The notes: generated from the letters alone by a model not told the origin. 64,000 bases of DNA from a virus (IMGVR_UViG_3300035520_000763:71032-135031); one strand, 5' to 3'. Positions 1 to 10,506 are shown, numbered from the stretch's first letter. Numbers and translations: made by a program.

Positions 1-136
1 TAACGGAAAGCGAAGCAATTAATATTTGTGAACATTATCATAATGGACAGTCAGGAACGGAATTACATATAAATGAAATTACAGATGATACACCTTGCGG
101 TAACTATTGGTTTTAATTAAAGGGTTGGGTGATTTT

Positions 137-370
137 ATGGCAGATTTTAAATATTTATCAGCACATGAAGATTTTGAAAGTTTAAAAACGAATTTTAAGT
201 ATGAAACTTTGAAAGCTTTTGAAGAGATTGTTGCTGAGTATGAAGCAAGTGGTCGCAGCGAGAAAAAGTTTAATGAACTGTTTAATTATGGATATGCGGA
301 GTTGCTGAATTGGTATGATAATCAGATGAATATAGAAGAGTGGTTGGAAATGGAGGTATCGTATGAATAA
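137..370 (+). CDS. hypothetical phage protein (ATG start preferred over the TTG at 107)
   Basis: ORF track; RBS-like GGTTGGGTGA upstream of the ATG at 137. Confidence 0.5.
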   Translation: MADFKYLSAHEDFESLKTNFKYETLKAFEEIVAEYEASGRSEKKFNELFNYGYAELLNWYDNQMNIEEWLEMEVSYE

Positions 371-527
371 AATAAGTGCTGAAGATTTTGGTATGTACAT
401 AGCTAATGGAAATGGTCAATTTGTAAGAATAGTTGAAATTAACGATATGATTCAATATGGTGCTATTAAAATCGACAGAAAACGGTTAGAAGAATATAAA
501 TTAGAGAAAAGGCAGGTTAGTAAGTGA
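363..527 (+). CDS. small hypothetical protein (54 aa)
   Basis: ATG overlaps the upstream stop (ATGA-type junction); not in ORF track; self-translated. Confidence 0.35.
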   Translation: MNKISAEDFGMYIANGNGQFVRIVEINDMIQYGAIKIDRKRLEEYKLEKRQVSK

Positions 528-691
528 TGAGAACATTAAGAGATTTTTGGAATGAATTTGATGGAGTCGTTGATTTCTTTAACAAACACGGAGAAGAAAT
601 TAACGACATGGATTATCCGTTGGAAACAGAAATATTGGAAGAAAGAGAAACAAGTATAGGGTATTGGCAAATTATATTAAATGTAGAATAG
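527..691 (+). CDS. small hypothetical protein (54 aa)
   Basis: ATGA-type coupling to the previous ORF; self-translated. Confidence 0.3.
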   Translation: MRTLRDFWNEFDGVVDFFNKHGEEINDMDYPLETEILEERETSIGYWQIILNVE

Positions 692-708
692 AAAGGACGG
701 TTGATTTA

Positions 709-1206
709 ATGGACGAATATTTAATACCAACCATAGAACACATAAAGGCATTATATGATGAGATTATTCCGCTATTAACAAAACTTAAAACAAAAGAAGA
801 TGTGATTAATTTTGGAAAAATGCATCATGTAACGATGGAAATCAATTATGATTTAGCAGAAAATTACAATGAGGATGAGCCGATAGAGTGTATCAGATGC
901 GAAAATTGGGGCGATTTAGATTATATCTATGTATATCTTGATGATTCACAACCAATGTTTGATGTATGGTGCGATTTTGCAGGATATGATTTTATAGATG
1001 GAATAACAATTGAAAAGCTTGAACAGCACTATACAGAAGCAATTAAAATGTTGTGGTTTAGAAATGAAACGAGAAAAGAAGATTTAAAAGAAATAATTAA
1101 TATTTTAGGGCGACAGGGTGTTGAATATATTGACATGATTAATATATACGGATTTGATTCAGAACTTGTTGAGGAATGTAAATTAAGTAACCAAATAGAA
1201 GAATGA
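709..1206 (+). CDS. hypothetical phage protein
   Basis: ORF track (664..1206); ATG at 709 preceded by GAAAGGA RBS. Confidence 0.55.
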   Translation: MDEYLIPTIEHIKALYDEIIPLLTKLKTKEDVINFGKMHHVTMEINYDLAENYNEDEPIECIRCENWGDLDYIYVYLDDSQPMFDVWCDFAGYDFIDGITIEKLEQHYTEAIKMLWFRNETRKEDLKEIINILGRQGVEYIDMINIYGFDSELVEECKLSNQIEE

Positions 1207-1285
1207 TTTTATGTGCAAATCCACTTTCAAAAACCCTTGAAAATAGGCACTTTTTGGAAGTGGATTTTAGGAAGGAGATAATGAT

Positions 1286-1660
1286 ATGAGAATATCAAAA
1301 AAAGAACGTAAAGAGAACGCAAAGAAATGGTATCAGATATTTATGAATAGCAATTGTAATAAATCAGCTATAGTTGTCAAGAGATACGAAAGTACAACTA
1401 ATCCTAATGTACATAGAGTACAGTTTTTAGCAGTTGCATCTACGTTAGCATTTACGGAAGAGCCAATTATAATTGCAGAATCAAATGTCTTAGGAATTGA
1501 AGGTTGCTTTATGGAGTTGGTTGAATTTATAAAAGGTGGAATTATACAGAAAACGTATTTTGAATACGGTTTTAATGAGTGGTTAATGGAAACAATGAAT
1601 TTTGAAATCACTTATAAAGACGGTCTTGTATTTATGTTTGAAAAGGAAATGGAGAAGTGA
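1286..1660 (+). CDS. hypothetical phage protein
   Basis: ORF track; RBS GGAAGGAGA. Confidence 0.55.
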   Translation: MRISKKERKENAKKWYQIFMNSNCNKSAIVVKRYESTTNPNVHRVQFLAVASTLAFTEEPIIIAESNVLGIEGCFMELVEFIKGGIIQKTYFEYGFNEWLMETMNFEITYKDGLVFMFEKEMEK

Positions 1661-1664
1661 TGAT

Positions 1665-1973
1665 ATGAAGATAATGACAAAACAATATGTACTGGAAACA
1701 TTACGAAAAGAACACTTATGGAAATCAGGAGACATAGATACTTTTCAAGCCGAGTTGCATCAATTATGGGAATTTACAATAAGAAAAGAGCAACCTATGT
1801 ATTTTCCATATACATATTCTCTTGTTGGAAGGAAAATAGGTACTCATGAAACATGGAGTAGACGATATCGAGATATGGATAGTGCGTTCCTGCATATTGT
1901 CAACAATCTTAATGAAAATGCGGCGGTAAAAGACAAGTACGAAAATATAAATCAGTGGCTATTAAAGAGATAG
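1665..1973 (+). CDS. hypothetical phage protein
   Basis: ORF track (1602..1973); internal ATG at 1665 follows RBS GGAGAAG and avoids overlap. Confidence 0.5.
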   Translation: MKIMTKQYVLETLRKEHLWKSGDIDTFQAELHQLWEFTIRKEQPMYFPYTYSLVGRKIGTHETWSRRYRDMDSAFLHIVNNLNENAAVKDKYENINQWLLKR

Positions 1974-1998
1974 AATAAAAAATAAGGAGGAAATCACT

Positions 1999-2472
1999 AT
2001 GGCTAAATACAAAATGGTAATAAACACTGATACTTATAAATGTGGTAGATGTAGTAAGAAGAATTGGGAGTCTGGAACACGAAATGATTATATGATTGCA
2101 ATAAATGGAATCACAAGGACACTTTATAATATGCGAGAGGTTATGTGGCAGATTGAATTGTTTCGCGGAAATTCATTTGTACTTTCAGAATATTCTGATG
2201 ACAACCCAGAAGAAAATTATGGATTGTCAGATAGATATGTAAAGTTTTTAAAGAAAAATACCATAAAATATTATGACAGATTATGCGAATTTGAAAGAAC
2301 TCAATATCTATCTGGTTATGGATGGATGCAAGGCTATTTCAGTGTCGGTGAAATAATGGAAAAATTAAAAGCAGAAGGAACTGTGAGAATACCTTTTGAA
2401 TGGCTTTATGATATTAGACAGTATGATAAAGCAATGAATGGCTGCTATATGGAAATAACGAAAGTTTCATAG
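1999..2472 (+). CDS. hypothetical phage protein
   Basis: ORF track; strong RBS AAGGAGGAAA. Confidence 0.6.
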   Translation: MAKYKMVINTDTYKCGRCSKKNWESGTRNDYMIAINGITRTLYNMREVMWQIELFRGNSFVLSEYSDDNPEENYGLSDRYVKFLKKNTIKYYDRLCEFERTQYLSGYGWMQGYFSVGEIMEKLKAEGTVRIPFEWLYDIRQYDKAMNGCYMEITKVS

Positions 2473-2492
2473 GCAAATAGAAGTAAGAATTT

Positions 2493-2735
2493 ATGAAAGA
2501 AAGCGAGGATAAACTTATGAATAAGAAATTAGTAATAGTTACAACAGATATGGAAATCGAATTAGCAATGTTTGTAGATGCAAGTAAACTCACGAATACA
2601 AGAGAGGCAATTGCGGAAACAAGAGAAAAATATTATGAAGAAGATTGTCATTCCGAATTATTTGATGATGTGTTGTCTGATATTATGCAAGAACGTGGTA
2701 TTGAATTTGAATTTGTAGATTATGAAGAAATGTAA
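2493..2735 (+). CDS. hypothetical phage protein
   Basis: ORF track. Confidence 0.5.
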   Translation: MKESEDKLMNKKLVIVTTDMEIELAMFVDASKLTNTREAIAETREKYYEEDCHSELFDDVLSDIMQERGIEFEFVDYEEM

Positions 2736-2795
2736 GTAGTAGTAAAAATATCAAAATTTGTAGATAGAACAAGAATCTAATGGAGATGATAACTT

Positions 2796-3101
2796 ATGAT
2801 TCAATACAATATTTACCAAACAGATGGAAATTACAGATTCATGTGGTGGGATGCGGTGAAAGACGAATTTTCACTTGACGATTATAAAAGGGTTTACAGT
2901 GGGAAATTGCCGGATGATACTATGGACGATCAGGAGATATTGGAAGAAATGTATACAAAATTCAACGTAAATCGTCCAGATGATTATAGAGCCAGATCTG
3001 TGTCTGTAAGTGATGTTATAGAGCTAATCAGGGATGGCACATCGAAATATTATTATTGCGATAATATGGGATGGAAATTGATTAAGGAGGTTGATAAATA
3101 A
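2796..3101 (+). CDS. hypothetical phage protein
   Basis: ORF track; RBS GGAGATGA. Confidence 0.55.
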   Translation: MIQYNIYQTDGNYRFMWWDAVKDEFSLDDYKRVYSGKLPDDTMDDQEILEEMYTKFNVNRPDDYRARSVSVSDVIELIRDGTSKYYYCDNMGWKLIKEVDK

Positions 3102-3442
3102 TGGAAAACATCAGAAGATGGTTTGAAAATGATTCTGAAAATTATGAAATTGATGAATATGAAGGACATTTAGAAGCAAAAACAGAAACAGTTATTTATA
3201 TGATTGTAGCTCCTCATAATGGAAATGACTACCGATGGATGCTGCGAGTTAGTACAAGAAGTGCTTTTGACGGATGGGCAAATTCGATAGCAGTAGAGGA
3301 ATTCTTTAAAACAGAAATTGAGGTATGTAATTATCTGGATGAACATCAGTTGGATATTTATAAGGAATTACTAGCTTATTTATCGGAGGAATATAATGAG
3401 TTATACAAAGAATGTATTGGTGACCAATATTATCGATATTAG
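3101..3442 (+). CDS. hypothetical phage protein
   Basis: ORF track; ATGA-type coupling; RBS AAGGAGG. Confidence 0.55.
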   Translation: MENIRRWFENDSENYEIDEYEGHLEAKTETVIYMIVAPHNGNDYRWMLRVSTRSAFDGWANSIAVEEFFKTEIEVCNYLDEHQLDIYKELLAYLSEEYNELYKECIGDQYYRY

Positions 3443-3460
3443 TACGGAAACAAAAAAGAG

Positions 3461-3874
3461 GTGATTAAAGTGATAACATTGAAGCAACTGGTAAACGAGC
3501 AAAAATGGAATGAAATGAGTGATATTGATGTTATTAAAACTTTCTTTGATATGAATGATATAGAAGAGGAAGGAATTGATCTGATTTCAGAATTGACTAA
3601 GACAAAGATACAAAAAACGAAGCGAAAACATTACATGGTAGAAGAATGGGCTTGTATGCTGCCATCTAAATACCTGTATGAAAACTACGATTTAGATACG
3701 GCAGATAGATTACATCTTATGGAACTCAATTATCTGGTCAACGGTGGTGAGTTGTCAAATAGATTTCTTAAATGGGCAACGGAAAATGTTCCTAATATTA
3801 TTAGACCAGAAGCATATTTCAATCCATTACTGGATTATTTAGAGGAACGTGGTATTAAATTTAAAGAGAAATAA
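3461..3874 (+). CDS. hypothetical phage protein (GTG start)
   Basis: ORF track; RBS AAGAGGTGA. Confidence 0.5.
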   Translation: MIKVITLKQLVNEQKWNEMSDIDVIKTFFDMNDIEEEGIDLISELTKTKIQKTKRKHYMVEEWACMLPSKYLYENYDLDTADRLHLMELNYLVNGGELSNRFLKWATENVPNIIRPEAYFNPLLDYLEERGIKFKEK

Positions 3875-3899
3875 GAACAATTTTGAGGAGGTGCTAAAA

Positions 3900-4235
3900 A
3901 TGTGGTGTGAAGGTTTATCTTTAAACGAGTGGGAACAAAAGTATGATGACACAAAAGAATTATCATATCTTCATGGAAGGTGTGATGAGTGGCTTGTTAA
4001 AAATTATAGGAAACATGATAAGTGTGTTACGATTACAGAATATAGAGATAAGTTAGATAGATTATGTTTGATGCATTGCTGCTTGTTACGAGATGATGAA
4101 TATATTGATGTACGAGGAAATACAAAGAATTTTCAGGAAATTATAGATGCTTTTGATTACGGTGAATATAACGTGGAAATATATAATACATTGAATGATT
4201 TCAAAGAGAAAATGAAACAGCTTGGTATTTTATAG
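3900..4235 (+). CDS. hypothetical phage protein
   Basis: ORF track (3849..4235); ATG at 3900 after GGAGGTG RBS. Confidence 0.5.
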   Translation: MWCEGLSLNEWEQKYDDTKELSYLHGRCDEWLVKNYRKHDKCVTITEYRDKLDRLCLMHCCLLRDDEYIDVRGNTKNFQEIIDAFDYGEYNVEIYNTLNDFKEKMKQLGIL

Positions 4236-4353
4236 ATGAATGCAGAATTTAATCACAAAAGATGATGAGCCGTAAGCTATCATAGAATTAACAAAAATTG
4301 ATATTAAACACAGTCTGGCATTGTTGAAAAAAGAAAAGATATGGAGGCAAAAA

Positions 4354-4557
4354 ATGAGTATGATTAGAATAAAAACAGACGATTTTCTATGTATTTACAA
4401 AGATAAAATGATAGAAATTTCTGCAAAAACGAAAGAAGAAGCAAATAAAAAAGCACAGAATTATTTTAAGATTGATGAAGAAAATGGTGCGGATTTTTGT
4501 ATATGCAAAATACCTAGTAGTATTGGCGTACTTATAGATTTAGATTTTGAATTTTAA
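4354..4557 (+). CDS. hypothetical phage protein
   Basis: ORF track (4321..); ATG at 4354 after GGAGG. Confidence 0.5.
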   Translation: MSMIRIKTDDFLCIYKDKMIEISAKTKEEANKKAQNYFKIDEENGADFCICKIPSSIGVLIDLDFEF

Positions 4558-4579
4558 ATGGGAACGGAGGGAAATAAAA

Positions 4580-4927
4580 ATGTATGAAATAAATGAAATT
4601 AATAAGAATCATTATGAGGGTATATGTTTAGAAGATAATTTTGAGTGCATTGGAATGTCCTGTGAAGATGTGATTGATATCATGGAACAGCATGAAGAAA
4701 AAATTAAAAAAATAAAATCTAAAGAACAGAAATGGCTTTTAGAGGGGGACATACGGAATAAACTTGTTCAGTTAAATGAAAATATAAAATCTCTTATTGA
4801 TGTAGCACATGATATATATGTGTCTATATCTGAAGCAGATAAAGAGAATAAGGCAAGAATGGATGGACAGATTAGGGCATATTGGGAAGTAAAAGGTATG
4901 CTTGAAGATGTATTAAAGCTAGAGTAA
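4580..4927 (+). CDS. hypothetical phage protein
   Basis: ORF track (4547..); ATG at 4580 after GGAGGGAAA. Confidence 0.5.
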   Translation: MYEINEINKNHYEGICLEDNFECIGMSCEDVIDIMEQHEEKIKKIKSKEQKWLLEGDIRNKLVQLNENIKSLIDVAHDIYVSISEADKENKARMDGQIRAYWEVKGMLEDVLKLE

Positions 4928-4971
4928 AAAATTGAATTGGAATTTTGTAAGGAAATGGAGGTTGATTAAAA

Positions 4972-5181
4972 ATGAAAGATTTTAGCATTGCACATAATAT
5001 AAAAAATGGAAATTATTATATTTATCACAAAAATGATGTCGATAAGTGGGGAATAGAAAGACAACATGTGATATATCAGTCATCACTTGGTTATTATTAC
5101 AAGAAAGGAAAGCGAGTGATATATTTAACGGAAGAAGAAACAGAGGCGTTAGGTAGTTTCAGAAGAAAAGTAATGGAATAA
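4972..5181 (+). CDS. hypothetical phage protein
   Basis: ORF track; RBS GGAGGTTGA. Confidence 0.5.
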   Translation: MKDFSIAHNIKNGNYYIYHKNDVDKWGIERQHVIYQSSLGYYYKKGKRVIYLTEEETEALGSFRRKVME

Positions 5182-5214
5182 ATTCGGAATTCTATGTATG
5201 AAAGGAGAAAAATT

Positions 5215-5790
5215 ATGGAGACAAGCGTTATAGTAAGAGAAAAGAGGTTTCAAGTAAAACCATTTAAGAGAGTTGAAATGTATGATCCTTGTTATGGAAC
5301 ACAGAATGAAATGAGCGATGTTGTAATGAGCATCTGCACTTTCTGTAAACTTCCTATATCAAACCGTGAAGCAGAGGTTTTACTGAGAGAAGTGCATGGA
5401 ACTTTTGACTTTAATGGGGAAGAAATACCATATACAAACTTTGATGTTAAATTTTTCTCATACCGTAAGGATACAGAAATAGCTAAGAAAGAAATCGAGG
5501 CAGAGTGTGAGAATATGTGTTATCCAACACTCATTAAGGAGAAAAAAGATCTTGGCTGTGATACCGCAAGATTTATTATCTGTGTGGATGACAATGAACT
5601 TGAAATTCTAACAGGAGCAGACGGATATTATGGAAGAATGGTAAAATATAAGAATAATTATGCTTATTATTTTGACTTTTCCCTTGATGACGATGTAACA
5701 GACTGGGATGATCTTGAACGGAAAATAAAATATCTATTTCAGGTAAAGAAGGAAAGCGAAGACAGAGATATTTGTAAAGCTTGTCAGTAA
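5215..5790 (+). CDS. hypothetical phage protein (Cys-rich)
   Basis: ORF track (5194..); ATG at 5215 after GAAAGGAGAAA. Confidence 0.55.
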   Translation: METSVIVREKRFQVKPFKRVEMYDPCYGTQNEMSDVVMSICTFCKLPISNREAEVLLREVHGTFDFNGEEIPYTNFDVKFFSYRKDTEIAKKEIEAECENMCYPTLIKEKKDLGCDTARFIICVDDNELEILTGADGYYGRMVKYKNNYAYYFDFSLDDDVTDWDDLERKIKYLFQVKKESEDRDICKACQ

Positions 5791-5827
5791 ATTGATTTTT
5801 GAAAATTAGTTGAATGAAGGTGTAGAT

Positions 5828-6139
5828 ATGAAACTTACTAAAAAGCAGCAAGAAGTTGTAGACAAATTTATGGAACTTGAAGAAAAGCACGGAAAGGGAA
5901 ATATATTTATCCGTTATATCAATGACTCCTGGAAAGCAATGTTTGTAGTTCATAAAACAGATAGCGATAAAATTGATATAACCTTTAAAGATGAATACAA
6001 AGTAAATGGTAAAGTGTTAAATTCACTACAATCTGCCGGAATGATTGAATGTAGAGATATTCACCATAAAAAAGTAGAAGATCCAAATGTAGCTTTCCGC
6101 AATGGAGTCGTAATTGTTGGAAGTATAATTCTTATATAG
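5828..6139 (+). CDS. hypothetical phage protein
   Basis: ORF track (5810..). Confidence 0.5.
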   Translation: MKLTKKQQEVVDKFMELEEKHGKGNIFIRYINDSWKAMFVVHKTDSDKIDITFKDEYKVNGKVLNSLQSAGMIECRDIHHKKVEDPNVAFRNGVVIVGSIILI

Positions 6140-6159
6140 AAAGAGGTAGGTTGATTATT

Positions 6160-6384
6160 ATGATAACACAAGAAGAATTAAGAGTAAAGGTTAATGGCGG
6201 TACATTGGTTGCAGCTAAAAACGAGGATCCTGATTATCCTGGTATTTATATTTATTACGAAACAGAAAATGGAAATATACTTGCTGTAGTTACTACAGAA
6301 GTAAAGTCAGACCATGATAATAAAGATGTTGAAGTTTATACTTATAAAGATATTAGAAGAGTTCAAGTGAAGAATGGAGGTTGA
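6160..6384 (+). CDS. hypothetical phage protein
   Basis: ORF track (6151..); ATG at 6160. Confidence 0.5.
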   Translation: MITQEELRVKVNGGTLVAAKNEDPDYPGIYIYYETENGNILAVVTTEVKSDHDNKDVEVYTYKDIRRVQVKNGG

Positions 6385-6389
6385 TTTAT

Positions 6390-7490
6390 ATGTTAAATAT
6401 TCAAAGATTTTTGGGATTTACAGATAATATTAAGGAACCACGCAAAACAAAAGTAGAAAATGAATTAAGTCGTTATTATTCATATAAAGGAGACGTTTAT
6501 AACACAGTCTCCTTTTTGTGTGTAAAGTTGTTGGAAGGCAGTACATTAAAGAAAGAAGAAAATTATCAATACTACAAGCGAAATGGTGAGTTAAGCAAGC
6601 CAAAGACATTATATAAATATGTTAGTCCAAATAGTGAAACATATTTTGAATTGAATAAAACACAGTATGATTTTGTAGAATATCTAATCAATAATGGATT
6701 AGATACAGAAGAAAAAATGATTGCTTTTGATAATGTTGATGTTGAAAAAATAGAAGCTGCTAAAAAGGCAGAGCAAGAAACAGAAAAAAGACGTATTGAA
6801 GAAGAACGGAGAAGAGAAGAAGAAAAAGAAAATTTTAAGAGATGGTTAGTTGAAGAATCAGAAAAAATTCCACAGTTGCAGAAAGATATCATCAACGATG
6901 TCTTTCTTGCTATTTATGGAGAAGAAAATTGCTGGAACTATTCTCTTGCAGTATGTATCAATTGGTATGATAAACCATTATGTAAAGAAGAAGTGAAAGC
7001 AAGACTTCATAATGACAATAAAGCAAGTATAAAAATATTTGAGTGCTTGACTGGTTTGAAACTGCCAAGGGGATATAAAGAGAGAATGGAATATCTTGAT
7101 AGTATTACAAGTGCAGATTTTAATGAGCCGAAGGATTATAAATCACGCAAAAAGTCACATAAAAGTGAAGTTGAATTGAGTGAATTTTATATTATTGAAA
7201 CTGGTATGGAAAATGGTAAGCGTAATTACAGATGGGTTAAAGCTGTTGGAGAGCCGGTTGAAGAATATGGTGTTCCAATGTTTGTTCAGAATCATAACGG
7301 GAATTATATATTGACAGTTGTAGAAAATGGCATAAAGGTTGCCAGCGGAAAGTCAAAAACGGATTGTATGAATAATCTTAAATGTTTCGTTGACAAGATA
7401 GGTAAAGAACAGCTTATAAGTAAGATTGCTGAAGCTACAGAAATGGTTACTAAAAATGCTGGTCGTAATCCTTTATATAATGTAATTTGA
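6390..7490 (+). CDS. hypothetical phage protein with central E/R/K-rich coiled-coil segment
   Basis: ORF track (6381..); RBS GGAGGTTGA; charged repeat EKRRIEEERRREEEKE. Confidence 0.55.
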   Translation: MLNIQRFLGFTDNIKEPRKTKVENELSRYYSYKGDVYNTVSFLCVKLLEGSTLKKEENYQYYKRNGELSKPKTLYKYVSPNSETYFELNKTQYDFVEYLINNGLDTEEKMIAFDNVDVEKIEAAKKAEQETEKRRIEEERRREEEKENFKRWLVEESEKIPQLQKDIINDVFLAIYGEENCWNYSLAVCINWYDKPLCKEEVKARLHNDNKASIKIFECLTGLKLPRGYKERMEYLDSITSADFNEPKDYKSRKKSHKSEVELSEFYIIETGMENGKRNYRWVKAVGEPVEEYGVPMFVQNHNGNYILTVVENGIKVASGKSKTDCMNNLKCFVDKIGKEQLISKIAEATEMVTKNAGRNPLYNVI

Positions 7491-7501
7491 GAGGTGATTA
7501 T

Positions 7502-7696
7502 ATGAATGAAAAACAATTGATAGAAACTTTAAAAAGTCATCTTCGCATTGCTGAATCATGGAATTGGAAATTTGAGAAAGTAGTTTTTTGTGATGGATTT
7601 TTACAAGCTATGAATATTGCAACTGGAAAAAATTATAAATTTTCAGGAACAAATGTTTATGTGGTTGACGATAATGGAAATAAAATTATTGTATAA
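7502..7696 (+). CDS. hypothetical phage protein
   Basis: ORF track (7487..). Confidence 0.5.
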   Translation: MNEKQLIETLKSHLRIAESWNWKFEKVVFCDGFLQAMNIATGKNYKFSGTNVYVVDDNGNKIIV

Positions 7697-7709
7697 GGAG
7701 GCGAAACAT

Positions 7710-7961
7710 ATGAGAATTGATGAATGGATCAATGGATGTAAGGTAGAAGGATTCCCATGGGTTGATGGGAAATATTATTATTTGAATGTAAGATATTTTA
7801 AACCTGGTTCGTCAATCCACAATCCCGCATGGGATAAGTCAGTGTATATCACGAGAAATGAGAAATGTGATAAGATGCTGCGTGAATATCTTGATTCAAT
7901 TGTAAATTATATATGCATTACGAATATACCAAAAGATAAAAAAGCTGTGTGGACATTTTGA
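7710..7961 (+). CDS. hypothetical phage protein
   Basis: ORF track (7617..); ATG at 7710 after AAGGAGG. Confidence 0.5.
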   Translation: MRIDEWINGCKVEGFPWVDGKYYYLNVRYFKPGSSIHNPAWDKSVYITRNEKCDKMLREYLDSIVNYICITNIPKDKKAVWTF

Positions 7962-7976
7962 AGGAGGTTGATTAGT

Positions 7977-8315
7977 ATGAATGAAGAGAAATATAAAATT
8001 ATTACAGTATCAGAACTGGCAAATATGTTAATGTCACGTAAATTTAATGGAACAGTTGATTTTACTTTTGATAGTGTGTTAGAAAATCATGAGCCGACTG
8101 GCTGGTTTGGTGCAAAGATTATTGAATTATTTAATGCACCAGAAGGAATCATCGTAATGGGATATTATGGTGGTGGCGTTGCAATTGCAAGATGTATCAA
8201 TCCATGCGAAGAAACTGTTGAAGAATTACTAAAAGAAATGTTGTGGGAACTTTCAGAATTTGATGAGCCGGTAGAAAAAATATGCGTAGATTTAACAACA
8301 GATAATGGAAATTGA
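7977..8315 (+). CDS. hypothetical phage protein
   Basis: ORF track (7968..); RBS GAAGGAGG. Confidence 0.55.
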   Translation: MNEEKYKIITVSELANMLMSRKFNGTVDFTFDSVLENHEPTGWFGAKIIELFNAPEGIIVMGYYGGGVAIARCINPCEETVEELLKEMLWELSEFDEPVEKICVDLTTDNGN

Positions 8316-8349
8316 ACTCGTATTCTATGGTTGAATTGGAGGTGTATAT

Positions 8350-8682
8350 ATGGAAGATAGAATATTTGAAATGGAATTGCCGGTAGATAAAAATTCAAAG
8401 GAATTTGATTTAAAGCTGCTACAACAAATAAAGGAACTTAAAAATATCCCAGTAGATAAATTTGATTTACTTATGAAGAAACTAATGAAGCGAAAAAGTA
8501 GTTGTCAATTATGGTGGGATAATAAAGAAGTATCTGAATGGGATTATGAATCAAAATCTTATAAAAAATGTAATTACAGATGTTGTCCTTCTTCTCATAA
8601 GGCAAGAAACTATTTTTGCCTTATTCTTGACAGAGAAGGCAGCGAAATAACAGTAGTAGATGGATTTTTGACATCAATATAA
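8350..8682 (+). CDS. hypothetical phage protein
   Basis: ORF track; RBS GGAGGTG. Confidence 0.5.
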   Translation: MEDRIFEMELPVDKNSKEFDLKLLQQIKELKNIPVDKFDLLMKKLMKRKSSCQLWWDNKEVSEWDYESKSYKKCNYRCCPSSHKARNYFCLILDREGSEITVVDGFLTSI

Positions 8683-8726
8683 TTGCAAATGAAATTCGCA
8701 TTTTAAATTAGAAAGGAGATTAATAA

Positions 8727-8881
8727 TATGAAGTGTACAAATTGTGGAAAAGAATGTTATAATGAACAATATCCAGAGATTGTATTTAAAGATAAAAATA
8801 ATATCATATGTGAGGAATGCAGCATTGACTATGAGCAAGATAATAATGGAAATATCAGAAAGAGGAGTGATTTGTAATGTC
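8727..8881 (+). CDS. small zinc-ribbon protein (51 aa, CxxC...CxxC); coordinates approximate
   Basis: Self-translated ORF after RBS AAAGGAGA; two CxxC pairs. Confidence 0.35.
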
Positions 8882-9074
8882 AAGGAAAATTAGATATTCT
8901 TGGTGTAAAGATTTGGAGAGACGAGTTAATGAAAAAACAAATCACACTGCCAGTATAGAAGAGTATCCTGAAAGACCTTCAGATTTAACTATTGATGGGA
9001 AAGTATATAAAAGGCTGAGTAATACAAAAATTTATGAAATGCTTGATCAAATACTAAATAATGAATGTAAGTAA
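8877..9074 (+). CDS. hypothetical phage protein
   Basis: ORF track. Confidence 0.5.
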   Translation: MSRKIRYSWCKDLERRVNEKTNHTASIEEYPERPSDLTIDGKVYKRLSNTKIYEMLDQILNNECK

Positions 9075-9116
9075 ATTCTAAAATTATTTTATTATTAAGA
9101 AACGGAGGTTGATATT

Positions 9117-9332
9117 ATGCATATACCAACAATAGAAAAAGATTATGAGTACAGAATGAGACGTATAGTAGATAAATTTCTAAGTGACTATTCGCAGGAT
9201 TTTGAAGATTTAAGTCCGGAAGAAGTCCAAGAGAAATTATGGTCTGATTATGCAAAGGAATTTGGAAGAGCAGTTTTAGAAGATATGGTTGATTTTGCAA
9301 ATGATGAATTGTTTGCAGGTGTTGTTGATTAA
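9117..9332 (+). CDS. hypothetical phage protein
   Basis: ORF track; RBS ACGGAGGTTGA. Confidence 0.5.
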   Translation: MHIPTIEKDYEYRMRRIVDKFLSDYSQDFEDLSPEEVQEKLWSDYAKEFGRAVLEDMVDFANDELFAGVVD

Positions 9333-9382
9333 AGGAAAATGAATCGTACATTTTATTTATAATAGATTGGAGGATAATTGAT

Positions 9383-9583
9383 ATGATTAAAGATAAGAAA
9401 TTCTTTTATAAAGCACAAAGAGTAGACACTGGAGAATGGGTAGAAGGCAGAGTTGGGACATCTCAAAGCACAGAAGATGGTATTGAAAAAACAACATATT
9501 TTAATGAATATATTGGAGATAAATGTACCAACGCTGATTGGTTATCCTGCGTGGTTAAAACAGATACAATTATACCAGTGTAA
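9383..9583 (+). CDS. hypothetical phage protein
   Basis: ORF track; RBS TGGAGGA. Confidence 0.5.
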   Translation: MIKDKKFFYKAQRVDTGEWVEGRVGTSQSTEDGIEKTTYFNEYIGDKCTNADWLSCVVKTDTIIPV

Positions 9584-9734
9584 TTTTATCAATAGAATAT
9601 AACATCTATTAGTGAATGCAAATTGAAATTATCAAGCAAATATGATACGCTTAAAAGAATTTCTACTGTAGTAGATTAAAAAATCCTTCAAGTGTATTTT
9701 TTGTTGCAAAAATCAGATAAAAGGAGGGTTCATT

Positions 9735-10421
9735 ATGTTAGTAAAATTCGAAAAGGAGTCAGATGTTTATATTGTTGATAGTAACAATAAACAGGCAATC
9801 TTAAAAATTGCGGAAATATATTATGGAGGAGGTGCTCGTTACAAGTTAATTGACACAAAACATGGTGGATATGCAGACCCAAAGTTAGAAAGGGAATTAA
9901 TATTAAATACTAATTTATTTCGCAATGGTTTTTTCTCTACAGCAATGTCCACTATCCAAACACCATATGGAAGATATGTATGTAACGCGCTGACGGTATA
10001 TAACTTTGCATTTTATATTTATTCGGAGTTAAAAAGAATTGAAGATGAGTGTAAAGCATGTGATGCGTTGCAGGATTCGGGCGAGACAATATCACAGTTG
10101 CCAAATGTTTGTGACATTGATGAATTAGATAAAATGGTTGATAATCCACCTAAACATCAGCTAATCAATCCGGGCGAAGCATTAAGGCAACTCGGAATTA
10201 CAGAAGAAATGAGCGAAGATGAATTGAATTTCATTTACGCTGAATGTTTACATGAATTGTGCAAATATTTTGACTTCGATGTTAAATCAGCAAGGTTTGC
10301 ATTAATTGATAAAGGTAAGTTATCTAAAACAAGAGAGAAATATGCTTATTTAAGAGATAATTACTATAAAATTAAAGAAAAGGAAATAAAAAGAGCGAAA
10401 GAAAAATATTTCGCAGAGTAA
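9735..10421 (+). CDS. hypothetical phage protein
   Basis: ORF track; RBS AAGGAGGG. Confidence 0.55.
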   Translation: MLVKFEKESDVYIVDSNNKQAILKIAEIYYGGGARYKLIDTKHGGYADPKLERELILNTNLFRNGFFSTAMSTIQTPYGRYVCNALTVYNFAFYIYSELKRIEDECKACDALQDSGETISQLPNVCDIDELDKMVDNPPKHQLINPGEALRQLGITEEMSEDELNFIYAECLHELCKYFDFDVKSARFALIDKGKLSKTREKYAYLRDNYYKIKEKEIKRAKEKYFAE

Positions 10422-10427
10422 GATATA

Positions 10428-10466
10428 AAAGCCACTAGATTAGAAATAGTCTGGTGGCTTTGTTAT
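10428..10466 (+). terminator. rho-independent-type hairpin (AAAGCCACTAGAT...ATAGTCTGGTGGCTTT)
   Basis: Stem of about 12 bp with one mismatch, short loop, followed by T-rich TTGTTATT; directly after the stop of 9735..10421. Confidence 0.5.
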
Positions 10467-10506
10467 TAGAAAAAGTAGACAGAATATTTGAAAGGTGGTA
10501 TAATAA